Origin: Zancudomyces culisetae HAW-14-8
Lineage: Eukaryota; Fungi; Kickxellomycota
Assembly: GCA_052426225.1 (NCBI GenBank)
Contig: JBNJNM010000017.1
Coordinates: 15,052-79,051 of the forward strand
Reading direction: 5' to 3'
Length of the DNA: 64,000 nt
Part shown: positions 48,116-62,195 of the stretch, in pieces
Position numbering within the stretch: the first letter of the stretch is position 1
How the letters are laid out: every line of letters begins with the position of its first letter
Notes under the pieces: generated by a model
The model's input: the letters and a program-made list of their open reading frames with translations, nothing else
What the model was told of the DNA's origin: nothing
Databases searched by the model: none
Program-made: the position numbers and the translations under genes

Positions 48116-50018
48116 TTTATTTGCGTACTTTCAGCGCTTCTTCTTTTTTTTCGCTCGTGTTGTTTCCTACCAGATATGTTATATACCAATTTAAATGCTT
48201 CTAACACGAGATATTACACCGTACTGATATTTTTTTGCCTCGCATGTGCTTGATTCCAACTCGTTTAATTCCAATTACTTTGGACCATTCGATAAACAAA
48301 ATTCTTTGAAATTCCAGTATGCTATTTATCACCGGCTCTATCTATCAGTAGCAGCACTCCTCAACTAGCAGAGATTTGTTTAATACCGAATATACACACT
48401 AATATACCCCCTTCAACATCTATCCAGACTGATACCTCTGTTTATTTACTGTGCTGAATTACCTAGATTTTTTATTTATAAACCTAGCTTATTCATTGTT
48501 TTCCAAGTTTTGCACAAAAAAAATTTTCATTTCTCCCCCTCCAAGGTTGTGAATTTCCAAGAATTTTTCTAGAGGGATTATAGCTGTTTGTTTTTATTTA
48601 CCGCCTTGGAGGATTTTTTAATTAATTTTTTGTTTGGGCTGAGCTGAAAACAGAAAAGCTATGCCAGATTATCCAGATACATTTTTAATCAACACACATA
48701 CATTTCTGTTTATTTTTTGTTTCATTCATACTTTCATTCATACTTTCATTAAAAAATTTTGCAGCAGTCTTCAAGCAATGTGTAACATTCACCATGTTCA
48801 AAGAAGGCAAGTGTGGTTAAGAGTGCAAACAAGAATGTTTGATGGAATAGGGAAGAATACGAATTGAAGCGAATAAACAAAAAAAATATGCATGTTCTGG
48901 TTCTCTGTGGACTACACGCATTGTTACTTTGCTCTGCTTTTGTGCAAATAGTTCCGCCCCTCATTAAACATCTTTCACAACAGTAAACCCCTGTAATATT
49001 TTACATTTTCTTTAGATTCCAGTTTGTTTTATAGAATCTACAATAAAAAATAAATTACGGTAACTAATTGGAAAATGGACGTTTCAAGCTGATAAAAAAC
49101 CTGCACAAAATACATAATCATCATGAACATCAGAGTCGATAAAACACTACAGATTTTGTAACTTCTGCTTCACTTGCTGCCTGTTGTAAAACAATAACAT
49201 TTCCATTGCCACTATTACATAATTTAGTAGCGATCTCATTATTATTACCCAGTATTATACCCCTCTTTTATCTTTTTCTTTCTAGCTTACGCAATACCGC
49301 ACTATCTTCATCTATGTTTTGATTTGTCTGTCTCGCAACTTTTTCTTGATTTTATAAGCTTTTCTGTATCACAATTACGTGTGACCAAGGAAAACTAATT
49401 GTATTTGAATTGTTCGTTGCCCTAACAAAGACACCCAACTGGTTAAATCCACACGGCTTTGTGTGATAGTTGAGAGGTTCAGACCCTTGACTTTAATGGA
49501 CACACCCATCTCTATGTCAACTTTCAACCTCGTATCCACTACATACCTCTATTTCAATAGGACATGTTATACCAAAAAACTGGTGTTGGCAATATTTAAA
49601 AAACTAATGTGTTTTAACTGTGGTAAATCAAACAATAAGCGACTTCTAAATAAGAACGAATAATAGAATATCCTCCAATTAAAAAAGTCTATTTGCCATC
49701 TCTTCTAAATCTAACTTTAGTTAATGAAAATGCCAGGGTACTAAAAACATATATACAACAACTATTAAAATTCTATAACCCAGCTCAGTAATAAGAGCAC
49801 TCATTAGCCACAAAAACAATGATACTCTACTTTTGTACATGGTTCCACATGGACTTTTTTAGTTTTTCCTTCTTTTGAAAAATGAGGGGAGAAAAAGCAT
49901 GTTTCTGGGATTTGGCATGTTCAGATACAAGCGTTAATGCTTGATAGAATGATAGAAAGGGTACTGCAGTTTAGGTGGTTCAGAAACCCATTTATTCCTG
50001 TCTATATGGTTACTCTAT

Positions 50019-51433
50019 CTACCTATTTTTGTTTGTCTTTGTTTGGACGTTAAAAGTTGTCTGAATGAACTTAATGCTTGTGGGGAGTAGTAGGTGATGT
50101 GGTTCTTGTTTCCCAGGTGCCAGGTTTCGAATTGCGGTGACACCACTAGCGTCGTTTTTGGGAGTGGGCTTAGAATAAGAACACATATTCGTGCTGATGT
50201 TGGAGCTATTCATATCGGGGGTACTGCCACCACAAGTACTATCTGTCTTGTCGCTACGTAGTATCCAGGGGATAGATACCAACGGGGTGTGGTGGTTGAC
50301 CATTGATACCACAGATGCAAAGTATTCTGAGTTTTTCTATGTTTTTAATACAAAATAAGGTATCATTTGGTATTGTCTCTATCAAAAATTAAATCGCAGT
50401 ATACTACTACCCATAGCTCTCATGTTTAAGTATCACCGCAACAACGGGAAAAAAGGGTAAAAACGTGCCCAGGTATATATACGTAAATAGATAAATAAAC
50501 CCGAATACATCATAATGGTGTGTTACCTTTATGGCCAAAGCCGAAACCCTTTTCACGCCCAAATATTTACATAACAACCAGAAAGGTGACTTAGAATTGT
50601 ACAGTGAATTGTTTTCTGCCTCAAGCTTGACCTGTGACCCGATCCCTATTGAAGTAGGTATAGACAAGGCTATAGGTACAAGTCTTGTGGTGGATGACCT
50701 AGTGCTCTTTGAGTTTAGGATTTGAACCAGGTATGGAAGGTGATTAACAAGCATACTATTTGTACTTGTGACATTTATATCATCACCATTAGCACACTGA
50801 ATAAACACAAATATTACACTGAATCCTTGAGTTGCTGTGCTTTTTCCTGTATTATGTAACTGTGATATTTGTTCTTCGATATTTCTAGTGATACTATTTA
50901 TTCCAACACACAAATCCGACAAAACATCCTGCCTAGCTTTTGCCATTCTTGAACGTTTTTTGCTTTTCGTGGTAGTACTGTTACCAGAACTAACTTCATT
51001 ATCTAAATTACTATCGTACTCTGACTTCCTTCCGACAGTTGTTGAAAATTCGAAAGCACATGTATTTTTGGCTTCTAATGGCAAGGTTTGGGAGGAATCA
51101 ATTATTTCCTGCTTTCCGTGTATCGTTGCACTCTTTTCTTCGCATGCCTTTTCATTTCCTACTTTTCTTGTCTCCTGTTTTTGTTTTAGTCTGTTTTTGT
51201 GACTCTCATTGTATCGATTCTCTAGTAGCCTAATATTATTGTCTCGGATTTTCAATTCACAATTCACATATTCTAACTAAACAAGAATAACAATTGCAAA
51301 AAAAAAGCTCTTACCCCAGTAAAGCTTGTAATATCTTTTCTAATAGAATTGGCTTGATCACAGGCCACTCAGTAATCGACAATGGTTGATTCAACGTTGG
51401 TTTCTTGACCACCCTTTGCTTATTGGCACTCAT
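50019..51433 (-). CDS. POP3: RNase P/MRP subunit Pop3/Rpp38 (L7Ae-like); exons 51433-51315, 51229-50527, 50336-50019
   Basis: MSANKQRVVKKPTLNQPLSITEWPVI...; 'DLCVGINSITRNIE'; 'MLVNHLPYLV'; 'LCKYLGVKRVSALAIK'; 'LVSIPWI'. Splice phases are consistent. Confidence 0.75.
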
Positions 51434-51748
51434 ACTATTTTTTTCAAGTCCCACGTTTTACCGTGCAAAACAGTCTTTGTATTTCACCAATTTTAATTTT
51501 GTCAGTATAATACTGTGTCGTAGAATATTTTCTTTATATTATAGCGCCTGAGTATTCTCTGATGGAAAAGGAGTTGCATACCAAAGCCAAAAATATTAAA
51601 CTGGTGCACTATTGTAGGGGTGGTGTTGTGTTTACCTTCACTTTATAAAAAGTTTTTTTACTTTTTTTTTTTTGGCAAATCTGATTCCACCAATATTCGT
51701 TTGCTCTAAAAATATGGAAAAAAAAACTATACAAGACACAGATTAAAG

Positions 51749-54700
51749 TTAAGGGTGTAAAGAAATAAAGGATAGTAACGGATCGTCAGCAGCTGTTGAA
51801 ACACTGTTAGATGTAGAGGATAGCAATTCACCCATTTTTGAATTAATCTTGCTGACAGGTGAGTTGTTATTTTGTGTTTTTTTGGCAGCCCCACCATACA
51901 AACCACCTCCACTACTTCCACCACTTGTGCCAGCAGCTGTACTTTTATCTTTAAATCCGCCATATCCCATGGCTTTGTAGCTAGGGATCAAATTCGCACT
52001 CAATTTTTCATTGGGATTTGCCGGGGATTCAGAGAGGTCGCTTAAATGGTTAAAGAATTTTGATGCTGTCAGGATTTCGTTAGATCCCAGCAGAATTCGG
52101 TAGTTTTTTGCCACAGCTATATTATGCGCTTCCTTAAGTTCAGAATACGTGATTCCACCCAAGACAAATACTATAATCATGGGTCTATTAGCATTAAGTA
52201 CGGGGGGTAATGAGACGCCTGGTGATGATGCAATCGATACTCTTCTATTATGCGAGGTGTATTTCTTATCATTATTTTTTTCGCTTTTGTTTCTAGAATG
52301 TTCAAAGGGGTTTGTTGTGCTCTGTTTGATGGGAGCATCTTCATTAACATTGTTATCACAGTTCTCGCTATTCTTTGCACTGGTAGTGCTGCTATCAACT
52401 TTTGTTTTATAGTCAGAACTTTCCTCGAATTTCTCGTCCTTGGCAAACCTTTTTTTTTTGAAAACGCTAGTATTTCTTAGAGTACTGGGAATAAACGTCC
52501 TGTGTGTCGTTTTTGGTGTATGGTTATCATACATTTTTTCAGATGATACTCGATCTTGGACTTTAGGAATATCTTTAAAACCCCCATTGTCGCTTATACT
52601 GGTATCATAGTTTAAAGTGTTGATCACAGAAGATCTGTTAACCTGCCATGTTGGTGTCTTTTGAGTGATTATTTTAAACTTTTTATTCAACATTAATGGC
52701 TCTCTACTTGCTTTTTTTAAACCTGGAGATCTCTTGTTGATATTATTGAAGAAGTCTTCTGTATTTTTTAGTAGGCTAAAGCTATTTCCTGTGGTATCAC
52801 CATCCCCGTTGACATTAGGGGCAGAATTGATATTTTTGGCATTGTTGATATTGCTATTAGAGTTGATAGCACTACTATTATATGTACCGCTATGCGTAAC
52901 GCTACCACCACTTTCGTTATTGTGATTAATTTTATTGTCCCTATTTCTGTTATAATTCCTAGCACCATTGGTTTTTGCGGTGTTAAGTATCTCGTTATTT
53001 TTGAATACCTTTTTAATAGTAAAGTATTCTGGAAAAAGATTGTAAGGTAGCAATCCAACAGAGACGGTTTCGAGTACCAGTCGCACAATTGACTTGTGGT
53101 ATACTTTTTCTTGATTCTCCTCTGCACAGTTGAACCAATTAACCGTATGTGTAATATCAACAAGGTTTATCCAGTTCAAAATACTTGATTGAACCCGGTC
53201 GTCATTCCCGGAATATGCGTGTAACCCCATACCAAACTCTGCAGAGTTATTTGTACTTGCTGCTTTGAGTGCCAGATTTATTAACTTTTCGCGTGCAAAT
53301 GAAACGTTAATTTCTCTAATACTGTAGAGTCGTGTCATTCCGCTTATGTATACCAAAGATTTCCACAATATTTGCTCGTTAGCAAATAAAGCGGTTAGTG
53401 GTGATACAAGCAATGGGTCATCCTCCACTTCTACCTTTACTCCCTTATTTTCTTTGTTTTTTAACAACAAAAACCTGATTTCTAGTCCCAATAAATACAA
53501 TCTCGTCTTTAGCATATCCGAGATTCCTATAGCTTCCAATTGTGCCTTTATTTCGTTTGTTCTTTTTGTAGATGAGTATGCCTCTCCTGTAACTACAGCC
53601 TCTTCTATTGATAAGACATCCTTTAACTTGTTTTTTTCTATTTCATGCATACACCTTTCCATTAGCTTTACATGTATGCTAAAGAGATTTTTAGCTCTAT
53701 TATAATCGTTTATTTTTAACATAGTATCCTTCATATCGCTAATTGCATTTGCTGTGGTTTTAAACGTAGTATCATTGTTTTTTTTGCCTCTCCCGTCGGT
53801 ATTATCATCATCTATTATAGAGTTTGATTCATCATTTTGTCCTTTCAGTAACCTATTCATGTTGTAGATTTCTTGTGAACATCATTTAATCTGACATATT
53901 TTTAGCATTTCTTCTTCCTTTTTTTGTAGTAACTCCAATAAGATTTTTAATTAAGCTTGGAATTAAAATACCACCCATCGCCTTCATGTAAAAAATACCA
54001 GTAATAGATAAACTTACTTTGTTATACCACTATATTTTTCTGAAAATTCTTGAAGCTTCTGTTTTAGCACGCTTTGTGCTTCAGTGATATGTAAATACTT
54101 TAACTCCTGCCAAAGAAAATCAGTTGTTTCAGAAATCTCAACTTCAACATCATCTTTGTCTTCAGCTGGAGTATATATATATTTATCGTTATCTGACATG
54201 CTGTATCTGTATACTTTTTTCTTATTCGTAAGACTAGACAATGGATGAATAAACTCCATTGCCATTGTCTCATATGTCACATCATGAAGTAGTGGTGTTA
54301 AGAGATCTACTGATCGATCAAGTATTATCAGGTTCACTTTTGCATTGCAACCTGTAGATACCTAGTTGTGTTGTAATTGTCTGTTGTTTTAGCTTTATGT
54401 TATTGATTGTGCGCAAATACTCTGCTCTGTATTCACGGTTTTTAAATAAAAAGAAAAGAAAAAATGGGCACGTTATTATACGAATCTATGCTCACCTTAG
54501 TGTCCTTATTATTATTTTTAAGTCGAAGTCCAGAAGTAATTTCCGCACTTAATAAGGATGCCAACTCGTAACACATATTATGCCAAATCATCGTGTCGTT
54601 ATAGTGGCGAATGACCACCTGTTCGTTGTCCTGAACCCCTATACTGAACAAAAGATTGGCCATCTTTTTTGCTATTAGTCGAAGCTCATCCTCTAAAAAC

Positions 54701-55647
54701 GAACCCTTAAGATCTGTAGAATACAGTCTTACGTAGTCATGTTTGTAGAGTTGTGTCAAAAACACATCTCTTGATATAGCTATTATGTTTTACAGATATT
54801 GGCTCAATTTTTTTTACCAAATTTATCTCCTAAACATTATTAACACATGTATAGTACTTCTATATACACTTACGTTCATACTCCATATTTATTTGATAAA
54901 AGCTTTTTGTGTAGCTCCATGTTTTGTGTGACCTAAGTCTTTCATAGAGATACTGTGGTAATGTTGTTGTAAATATCACATGTGCTGCTTGATAAGCTAC
55001 AATTGTACTGTTTGCTTTTTTGGGCTCAAAATCATTTATTAGCATGTTAACACTGACTTCTGATGGCGTTAATAAGTACACAGCTTCTTCATCCGGTTTT
55101 TTTGTTCTACCAGGATTTTCTATTTTTTCGAGCTCTAAAAAACGCATGTAAACTTAAGAAAGGGTTATGTGAAGAAATTTGGCATGGTTTTACTAGAGCT
55201 GCAGTATAACTACAAAATGTTGTGGTGTAAATCACAATCCTGGTAATATTTATATTTAAGAGTTTGCTTTAACATAGTAGGAAAACAGCACAGAGTATTA
55301 TACCATCCCTAAAATGGAAGCATCATAGTATACATAGTATCGAATTATAAAGATGCGGTACTTACTGATAATGTTATAAACTAGTAGCTCGGTGAGGGTA
55401 AAGTAGTTATCCAACAGTTTCATGGATCTTGTATCGAGTACCAGTGTCATTAAGGTATCATTTAAGCTCAGTTGTTCCAGTATGTTTAATAACTCTATTT
55501 TTAAATATTTATATAAATCTAAGTCAAAGGATAGTACAATAAAAACAATAAACATATAAAAAGGCCTTAAGGTAGTCACCTTACGCAACCAAAAATCTAA
55601 GACATACCATTCTTGTGTAAATCGATTAAAGAGGTCTCGACGGCCAT
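51749..55647 (-). CDS. SEC1: Sec1/Munc18 (SM) protein, 6 exons, divergent, with a long N/S/K-rich insertion
   Basis: MAVETSLIDLHKN..., 'TLVLDTRSMKLL', 'EAVYLLTPSEVSVNMLINDF...YQAAHVIFT', 'LIILDRSVDLLTPLLHDVTYETMA', 'LWQELKYLHI', 'IIVFVLGGITYSEL...ILLGSNEILTASKF'. Confidence 0.88.
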
Positions 55648-57004
55648 CGTTATTTCGTTTTTCCTGGAAGTATTGAAGCTCTATGTTTTGGTTTGGTTTG
55701 TTTTTTTTATCTTCTGGCTTGCGTATAGCTCTATTATCTTTACTCTGTGATTATATACTATTGATATTCTTGTGGGCTCGGTTGTGGCGCGTATACTGAT
55801 TTTTGATGCTTATGTAACAAAATCTTGGTCTAGTGTGAGTTTTTATTAAGAGCTCTGCTATTTTTTTTTGATAATATAAACAGAACAAAACAAGACTAAG
55901 CAAAAACTACAATAGTATTATGTATTATATATTCAAAAGTTGGTGCTTCACATATAGCAAAAGGAAAGGCGAAGAGAAACAAACTCTATGGTAGCTGAAA
56001 AACATGATTTTTTTCTTTTGAAAATAAGTAGGTTCCAACACCGAATTGCTTTATGGTATTTTTTTTATTGCTTAAAAGTATTGTGCCACATCAATGATAT
56101 AGTATGGGATGAACTATAAAATACCAGGTTCTAGGCTTTTTTTGAAGAAACTGTCAAAAAAAAAGCTAGGAATTTTACACTTTCCTATGCGCTTATACAA
56201 AAACAACATGGATCTTTAGAACAACATTTAACGTTGTTACAATACCAATTGCTGTTCACAGTGAAAAAAAAAGTAATATTTTGGCGAGCAGGGTCTTGAT
56301 GTTGCACATGTGATCCGTGTATGTGTTTCCAAAAACCATTCATTTTTACCAAAAAAGTTGAAACTATAGGCTCATAAAGACTTATGAGAGTCTGCCACAA
56401 TTGTTGCTATAATATATTACTACCCTATTCAATTGGGGAAGGAACAAAAAAAAAGAGGAAACTAGGGAAAAAGCAACAAAAGCAAAATGAAATGCCTGAC
56501 TTCTGTGGACTATGTGTACTTTTGGGAGTTATGCAAATCACTAAAACTTTTAATCATACACCAGAATCATTGTCGTTTGTGAACCCGCAGAAACGACAAT
56601 AGCTGCAGCAGTAACATTAAAATCACATGAACAACAAAAGCTATGTATAAAATCTAACCACAACCACTTTACAGGTCCAAATAGCACAAATATTACTAAA
56701 ACACCAACAAAAAAGAAAAAAGATAGCACTAGTTGCGCTTTTTCAAATACATTATCAAGCTCGTACTAACATGCACAATCCAGAATGGCTCAGTAAAGCT
56801 CATATTGCAACAATAATTATAAATGGCAAAATACATACTGTCCTCCAATGAATCTGCACACAAGTAAAAAAAATTTAAAGAAAAAGTTAGGCTATTTCGG
56901 TTTCACGTAACAGGGTACTTTCAGGTACGCAGAGAGGAAAGATAAACAAGTATGTACAAATAAGAAAATTACTGTAATTAACAAATAGGTATACACAAAT
57001 ATGG

Positions 57005-58743
57005 TTATTTATGAATTTTTGAAGCGAGCACAAACCCAGAAGAGTTGGAATTTCCAAAACCACCACCACTATTCTTGCCGCCAGTCTCATAGTTGCTGCC
57101 AGTATTACCTTCAGCCCTATAAATAAACACAAGTAATAGGTATTATATGAACAAATAGTATTCTTAAAAAAATAAATGAGTCAAAAGATTTTTTCTCGAT
57201 CAATAAGTAGACTCCAAAACATACATTTGATGAGGTTCGCCACCAGTTGCAGGTCTTCCTATAAACGAATCTTTAAATGAGGCTTTTGCGTGTGAATTCG
57301 CTTCGGATTTTATAAACACAGGTTGGCTAGGAGTAGACTCAGAAAGCGACGCGCTGTTATTGAATATAGTTGTCTGAGGATTACCAAAGGGGCCAGACGG
57401 GTTGGCAGTACTTCTAGGGGTAGGCTGATCGTACTCAATCACACCTATGATCTCATCTAAAGTATTTTCCCACTCAAAATCATCTTGGCTCAATAATCTG
57501 TCGAGTTGGTTTTCGGCTACAAATTCATAGTATTAAAAAGCTGTTACGCTGAACAATAAAGGTGCTAAGAACCAAGTGGTAGTAAGAAAAATCTCAAAAC
57601 GAAAAATTACCATGCGTAACCTCGGTAGTGGGTTTTCGCGCACTATACACTTTTTCTCTGTCACTAACATCATCTTTATAGTCCAATCGCGGCTGCTTTA
57701 TAACCTGTTTTCTATTTTCCGGGGATTGAGGCTTTTCAGCTGAGACATACCGATAAAAATCATCTTCAGTGTATTCTTCAATTAGCGGGCGTCTCTGATA
57801 TTTACCCACTTTTCCCACAAAGTTTCTATTATACAAACAGTTTCCCAACACATCTCCAAACATCCTAAGTGCCCGTTTAAGCCCATCAGTCGCTGCCTCT
57901 TTCCTGGCCTATGTTGAATTTATAAAAATGATTTATGGAAAACATACCTATCTTTTTTTTTTTCATCATTATTTAATAGCTTGACATGAATATTAACAGA
58001 GAAATGTTGCGTTTTTAGTACCTTCTCAAAAGCCATAGCCTTTGATTTAGCATTTTCAATGGTTCCATACCCTACATCCTGTTTGTTCCCACACAGTTTA
58101 AGTTTTAGTTTGATGAATGCATAATGCAATTAATAAATGAATCCATTATTGCTAAAGAAACAGTGTTTTAATCGATTGGTACATACTTCATGCTGTGTCC
58201 CATCCTTTAGTGTCACTCTAACGACACTCGATAAACCCAAAGAAACTCTTCCATCGTTTGCAACATCCATCTATTTAAATTGTAGTTTAAGCTATTAGTA
58301 AAAGATCGAGTTTCATATCTAGTCTTAACTGCTTACATAGTCTACTGTAATATTCTGGATCGTAGAGGACCAACCGTTAAATCCAAAAACCTCATTCGCT
58401 ATACTGATAGCTCGCCATCCCTCCAAATATGCGAGTCTAGCTATTAAATGTGTGTTCATTCTTGTTAGATTACATTTGGATCAAATGAAACATATTTTTA
58501 TCTAGTTCCATTTTCAAGTTTACGTTCTACTGGCTCCTTTGAATTTATCTCGTTTGTTGTGTATATCTTTTCCAATATCATAAAACCGTAATTCAATTTA
58601 CCTCCGCCCGCGCCTTTTCGATAGCTGATCAATTCCGGTGGAATCTTTTTTTTTAGAACACGTGCTTTTTCTTGTGCTTCTTTTTTATTAAAAGGCGTGT
58701 TATGGATTTCCGAAGACGAGCCCTTGAAAGTGGTCTGCTCCAT
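57005..58743 (-). CDS. RAD52: DNA repair/recombination mediator Rad52, multi-exon
   Basis: 'PELISYRKGAGGG', 'LAYLEGWRAISIANEVFGFNGWSS', '[57 protein letters not shown]'. The last exon ends GFVLASKIHK*. Confidence 0.93.
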
Positions 58744-58910
58744 TGTTATGCTGTCTGTCACTTGCCCCTATACACAAATCCGTGTAATATGTTTGAGAAA
58801 TCTCAATTTATAATACAACCACTGTCCCAACAAGAGCTTATTGACTTTTTATAACCGATTGAAACAACGTTCTGTTTTATATATATTTAACTGAGTGGAT
58901 TTTTTGAAAG

Positions 58911-58950
58911 CTGAAAAACTGAAAAACTGAAAAACTGAAAAACTGAAAAA
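58911..58950. repeat. (CTGAAAAA)x5 tandem repeat upstream of RAD52
   Basis: ctgaaaaact gaaaaactga aaaactgaaa aactgaaaaa seen directly. Confidence 0.9.
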
Positions 58951-59254
58951 TTGGATGTAGAAGCCTGATTTCACTAAACCAATTTATTTATTTCCATTTC
59001 TGTAACTTATATGCAGTCCAAAAATAAAAGCACAGATTTTATAGGATGCGATTTTTTCCAACTTTTCATCTGCCGCAGCAAGAGTACATTATCAAAAATA
59101 GGTTTAGAACAAAAAAAAATCCCTCTTAAAGGTATACTATATACTACAAAACTCTTCAAAGCAAAAGGAAAAGTGCAAAAATGAACAAAAAAATTGAGTG
59201 AGCAGAGCATGTGGTTAGTTTTTTTTGGCATCTATTGCTCAAAGCTTGTGATGG

Positions 59255-60921
59255 TTATCCGAGCCTATGATTTGTAGTGATGAGAAACATGTTAGTTTTT
59301 ATATCAATTTTTTCAATAAGAATACTAAATAAAAATCACATACTTGATAGATGGTCTCGTTAAAAACTCAACCATTGCCACAACACATATTATAAGCAGG
59401 GCGAGGATAAACAATATAAAATAAACTTTTTTCTATTTTTACACGCGTTAGTGGGAAGGTTAAAGATTCGGCTCGAGTATATATATACATGTACATATAT
59501 ATATTGTGCTGGGTTCAGCATAGCTTTTTTTTGAATGTGATAGAAATAAACATTGATAGCAAATTGGTGGTTACAGTTTTTGAGTTTCCTTGGTATTGCA
59601 TGGCCGACTCCAACAGACCCCCCGAGCCTTCAGTATAATCTTTGGCGTTGTTGACAGCTATTTCGATATTATCTAGTACTCGTTGCTGCTTGTTTACAAG
59701 TGTATCCATCTCAATAAACAGGGCATTTAACTCCTAATAATTAGTGTTTTTTCCATATTAAACAATGTATGTGATGACAAGTTGAGTCGATTTTTTGTGT
59801 AGATATTGGTTAAAATGCTTACTTTTATGGTTTTTTCTATTTTTCTAATGTCCCGATTCCTTATCTCTACCTCTCGAAAAATGCTCTTAGATTTCATTTT
59901 TTTATTCTCAAGAGTGTTTAAGATATGAGATAAATCAACACCCGAGTCGCCACCACTTTCTATGATTTTTTCTATTTCCTTTTGGCTAGCATTGGGCTTA
60001 ACTATTTTTTTTATTTTTTAACCTTACATTATTATTATTTACCATTACTTTTATTATCCAACGCCTATATAGATACATACATATATAAAACGGCAATTAA
60101 CCCACCTGTTTTGATTTGCTTCTCAAGTTTTAAGCTATATTTCATTTGCGATTCACGCTGAACAGCTCTATAATGCACGACTACTTCTGAAAACTTTTTC
60201 ACTAGTATCATATGTCGACCTCGCATCATTGCTTCATCACCTGCTGCACATTTCAAGTTGTTTATAAAATGCTCCATTCCTATTTTATAAGGAAAAACAA
60301 AATAAATAAAACATACTACGTATCAATCAGCATATCAACTATAGAATTTAACCTTTTATCATAAGTCTAGTCACTCTAATCCTTTCGTTTGTCTCGTCAA
60401 TTGCCTTTTCTGTCAACTCTTGTATATAAGACATTGTATCTGCATCTATAGATGTCAGGTACTTATTTTGTAAAACCTGGACGCGCTGGATATTTTCATA
60501 TAGGTTTTCAATAGAAGATTCTATTTCCGCAGCCTAAGGGTACAAATACGGTTGTGTTTATATTACACATTCTAGTATTACATTGGGTGGAAGGCGGATA
60601 TAGCTAGATACCAGCATACATAAGTATTGTTGAGACTTACATCATAAAAAAAAGTATCAAGTTTTTCATTTCTCACTGGTATGGGGGGCGTATGCTGAGT
60701 CGTTTGATCGTCTGAAACATTTCCCAGGTTTATTGCGGCCTATTTAGATTAAGTATTATGCATATATGTTTATATATATATTGAAAGCTTGCAAGAACGT
60801 GCTTTTTTTACCATTCTTTTTGTTACTATGGGAATGTTTGTTTTGTAGCGTTTATAAGCTTAGGACACTTGCTAATATATTCATTACTTACCATTAGTTC
60901 ATTGAATCTATCTCTGACCAT
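59255..60921 (-). CDS. SSO1: Plasma-membrane-type syntaxin (Qa-SNARE, Sso1/syntaxin-1-like), about 8 exons
   Basis: N-peptide MVRDRFNELM; Habc segments 'KKFSEVVVHYRAVQRE...EKQIK'; SNARE motif 'RNRDIRKIEKTIK-ELNALFIEMDTLVNKQQRVLDNIEIAV'; C-terminal TM 'KKVYFILFILALLIICVVAMV'. Confidence 0.82.
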
Positions 60922-62195
60922 CTATATCAATAATATTTACACTTTAAAACTAAATAGGTATAGTCTATCGTATGGAGATATTTTTTTAAAAAAAAAGAAA
61001 CCGTAATGTTGTCATTATAACCTTTAACACATATCACTGATTTTTACCTTTAATACAGTTTATATTAAGTACTTTACAGGCTGGTCTATAACAATCATAT
61101 TTGTTTAGCAGTTTAGTGTATGGAAAAAAAACACTAATGTCGGAGTAGTATAAAAAAGGAGTTATAAGGTCTTTGGGAACACTTTTCGTTTTTTTTGTGG
61201 TGGAAGGAAAGGATGATATTAGTTAAGTCTAGCTTTTTTGGTATTTGCAGGGAGGGGTATAATCAGAACTAGTACAAATGTTGTGCATTTATGAACGAAA
61301 GACTAGGTTGAAAAAGAAACATTTACCTGCAGCGGGGGTCTGTTATTGTAAAGCGTTATTAAAAATTCCCAATAAATCATTTGCTGTCAAATATTAACCT
61401 AGATCTAGGGCTTTTCAAAAATTCTAATTAATATACCACCACTAATTATAGTTCTAATAATTATTGTTCATTCTCTGTCTCTCAACACAGTTCTAGAATC
61501 ATAAGCATTAAAAAGTCAGTTTTGTGACAAATTGCATTCAAGATCTAGTAGAGTAGGAAAAAAAGGATGAGGCCATTATCTTATTTGCAAGTCCACAACA
61601 CATATGTGCATTTAATCAGCACTAATGGTCTTATGTGTGTTTTTTTTTGAGAAGTCTCGACGTTTGGTAAAGGTAATAGACGCATCTAGCAGTAGAGTTA
61701 GGGTGGAAATTTATAGAGATATAACCACAAAATTAGGCTAATTGGTAGAATCAAAAAGTAGGACTATATTATTGGATATCTCCAGAAAATCCAACTAATA
61801 AGTGAGTAAAAGAAGCATCTCTATATTATGTGTTAGCTGAGTTACCACACAGACCCCCTCCCCCCCCCCCCCCGCCTTCAGTATATGTAATGCTACATGA
61901 GTTAGGCTTTTTTTGTTCATTATGAATGAAAATATTATGCTTTAGCTTGTGTAGCGGTTGTGGTAGTAGTTGTAATTATAGATAATGCACTTTGGCACAG
62001 CAAATATCACGAAGTCGCAACAATCCCAACCAAATATACCAGCAAACGCGAGGTGGGTAAATACACCAAATAATAAGAAAAATATCACTTTATACATAAC
62101 CACTAGCTCTAAAACCTAAGGCTTACCAGCCGGGAGCAAAAATTAGCTATTTCCAAAAATAAATAAATTAGTAGACAAAAATTCATTTTTATCGG

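Noticed and set aside
48950-49600. Stop-interrupted coding-like minus-strand stretch
   Set aside because: No recognisable homology; cannot distinguish a gene relic from chance.
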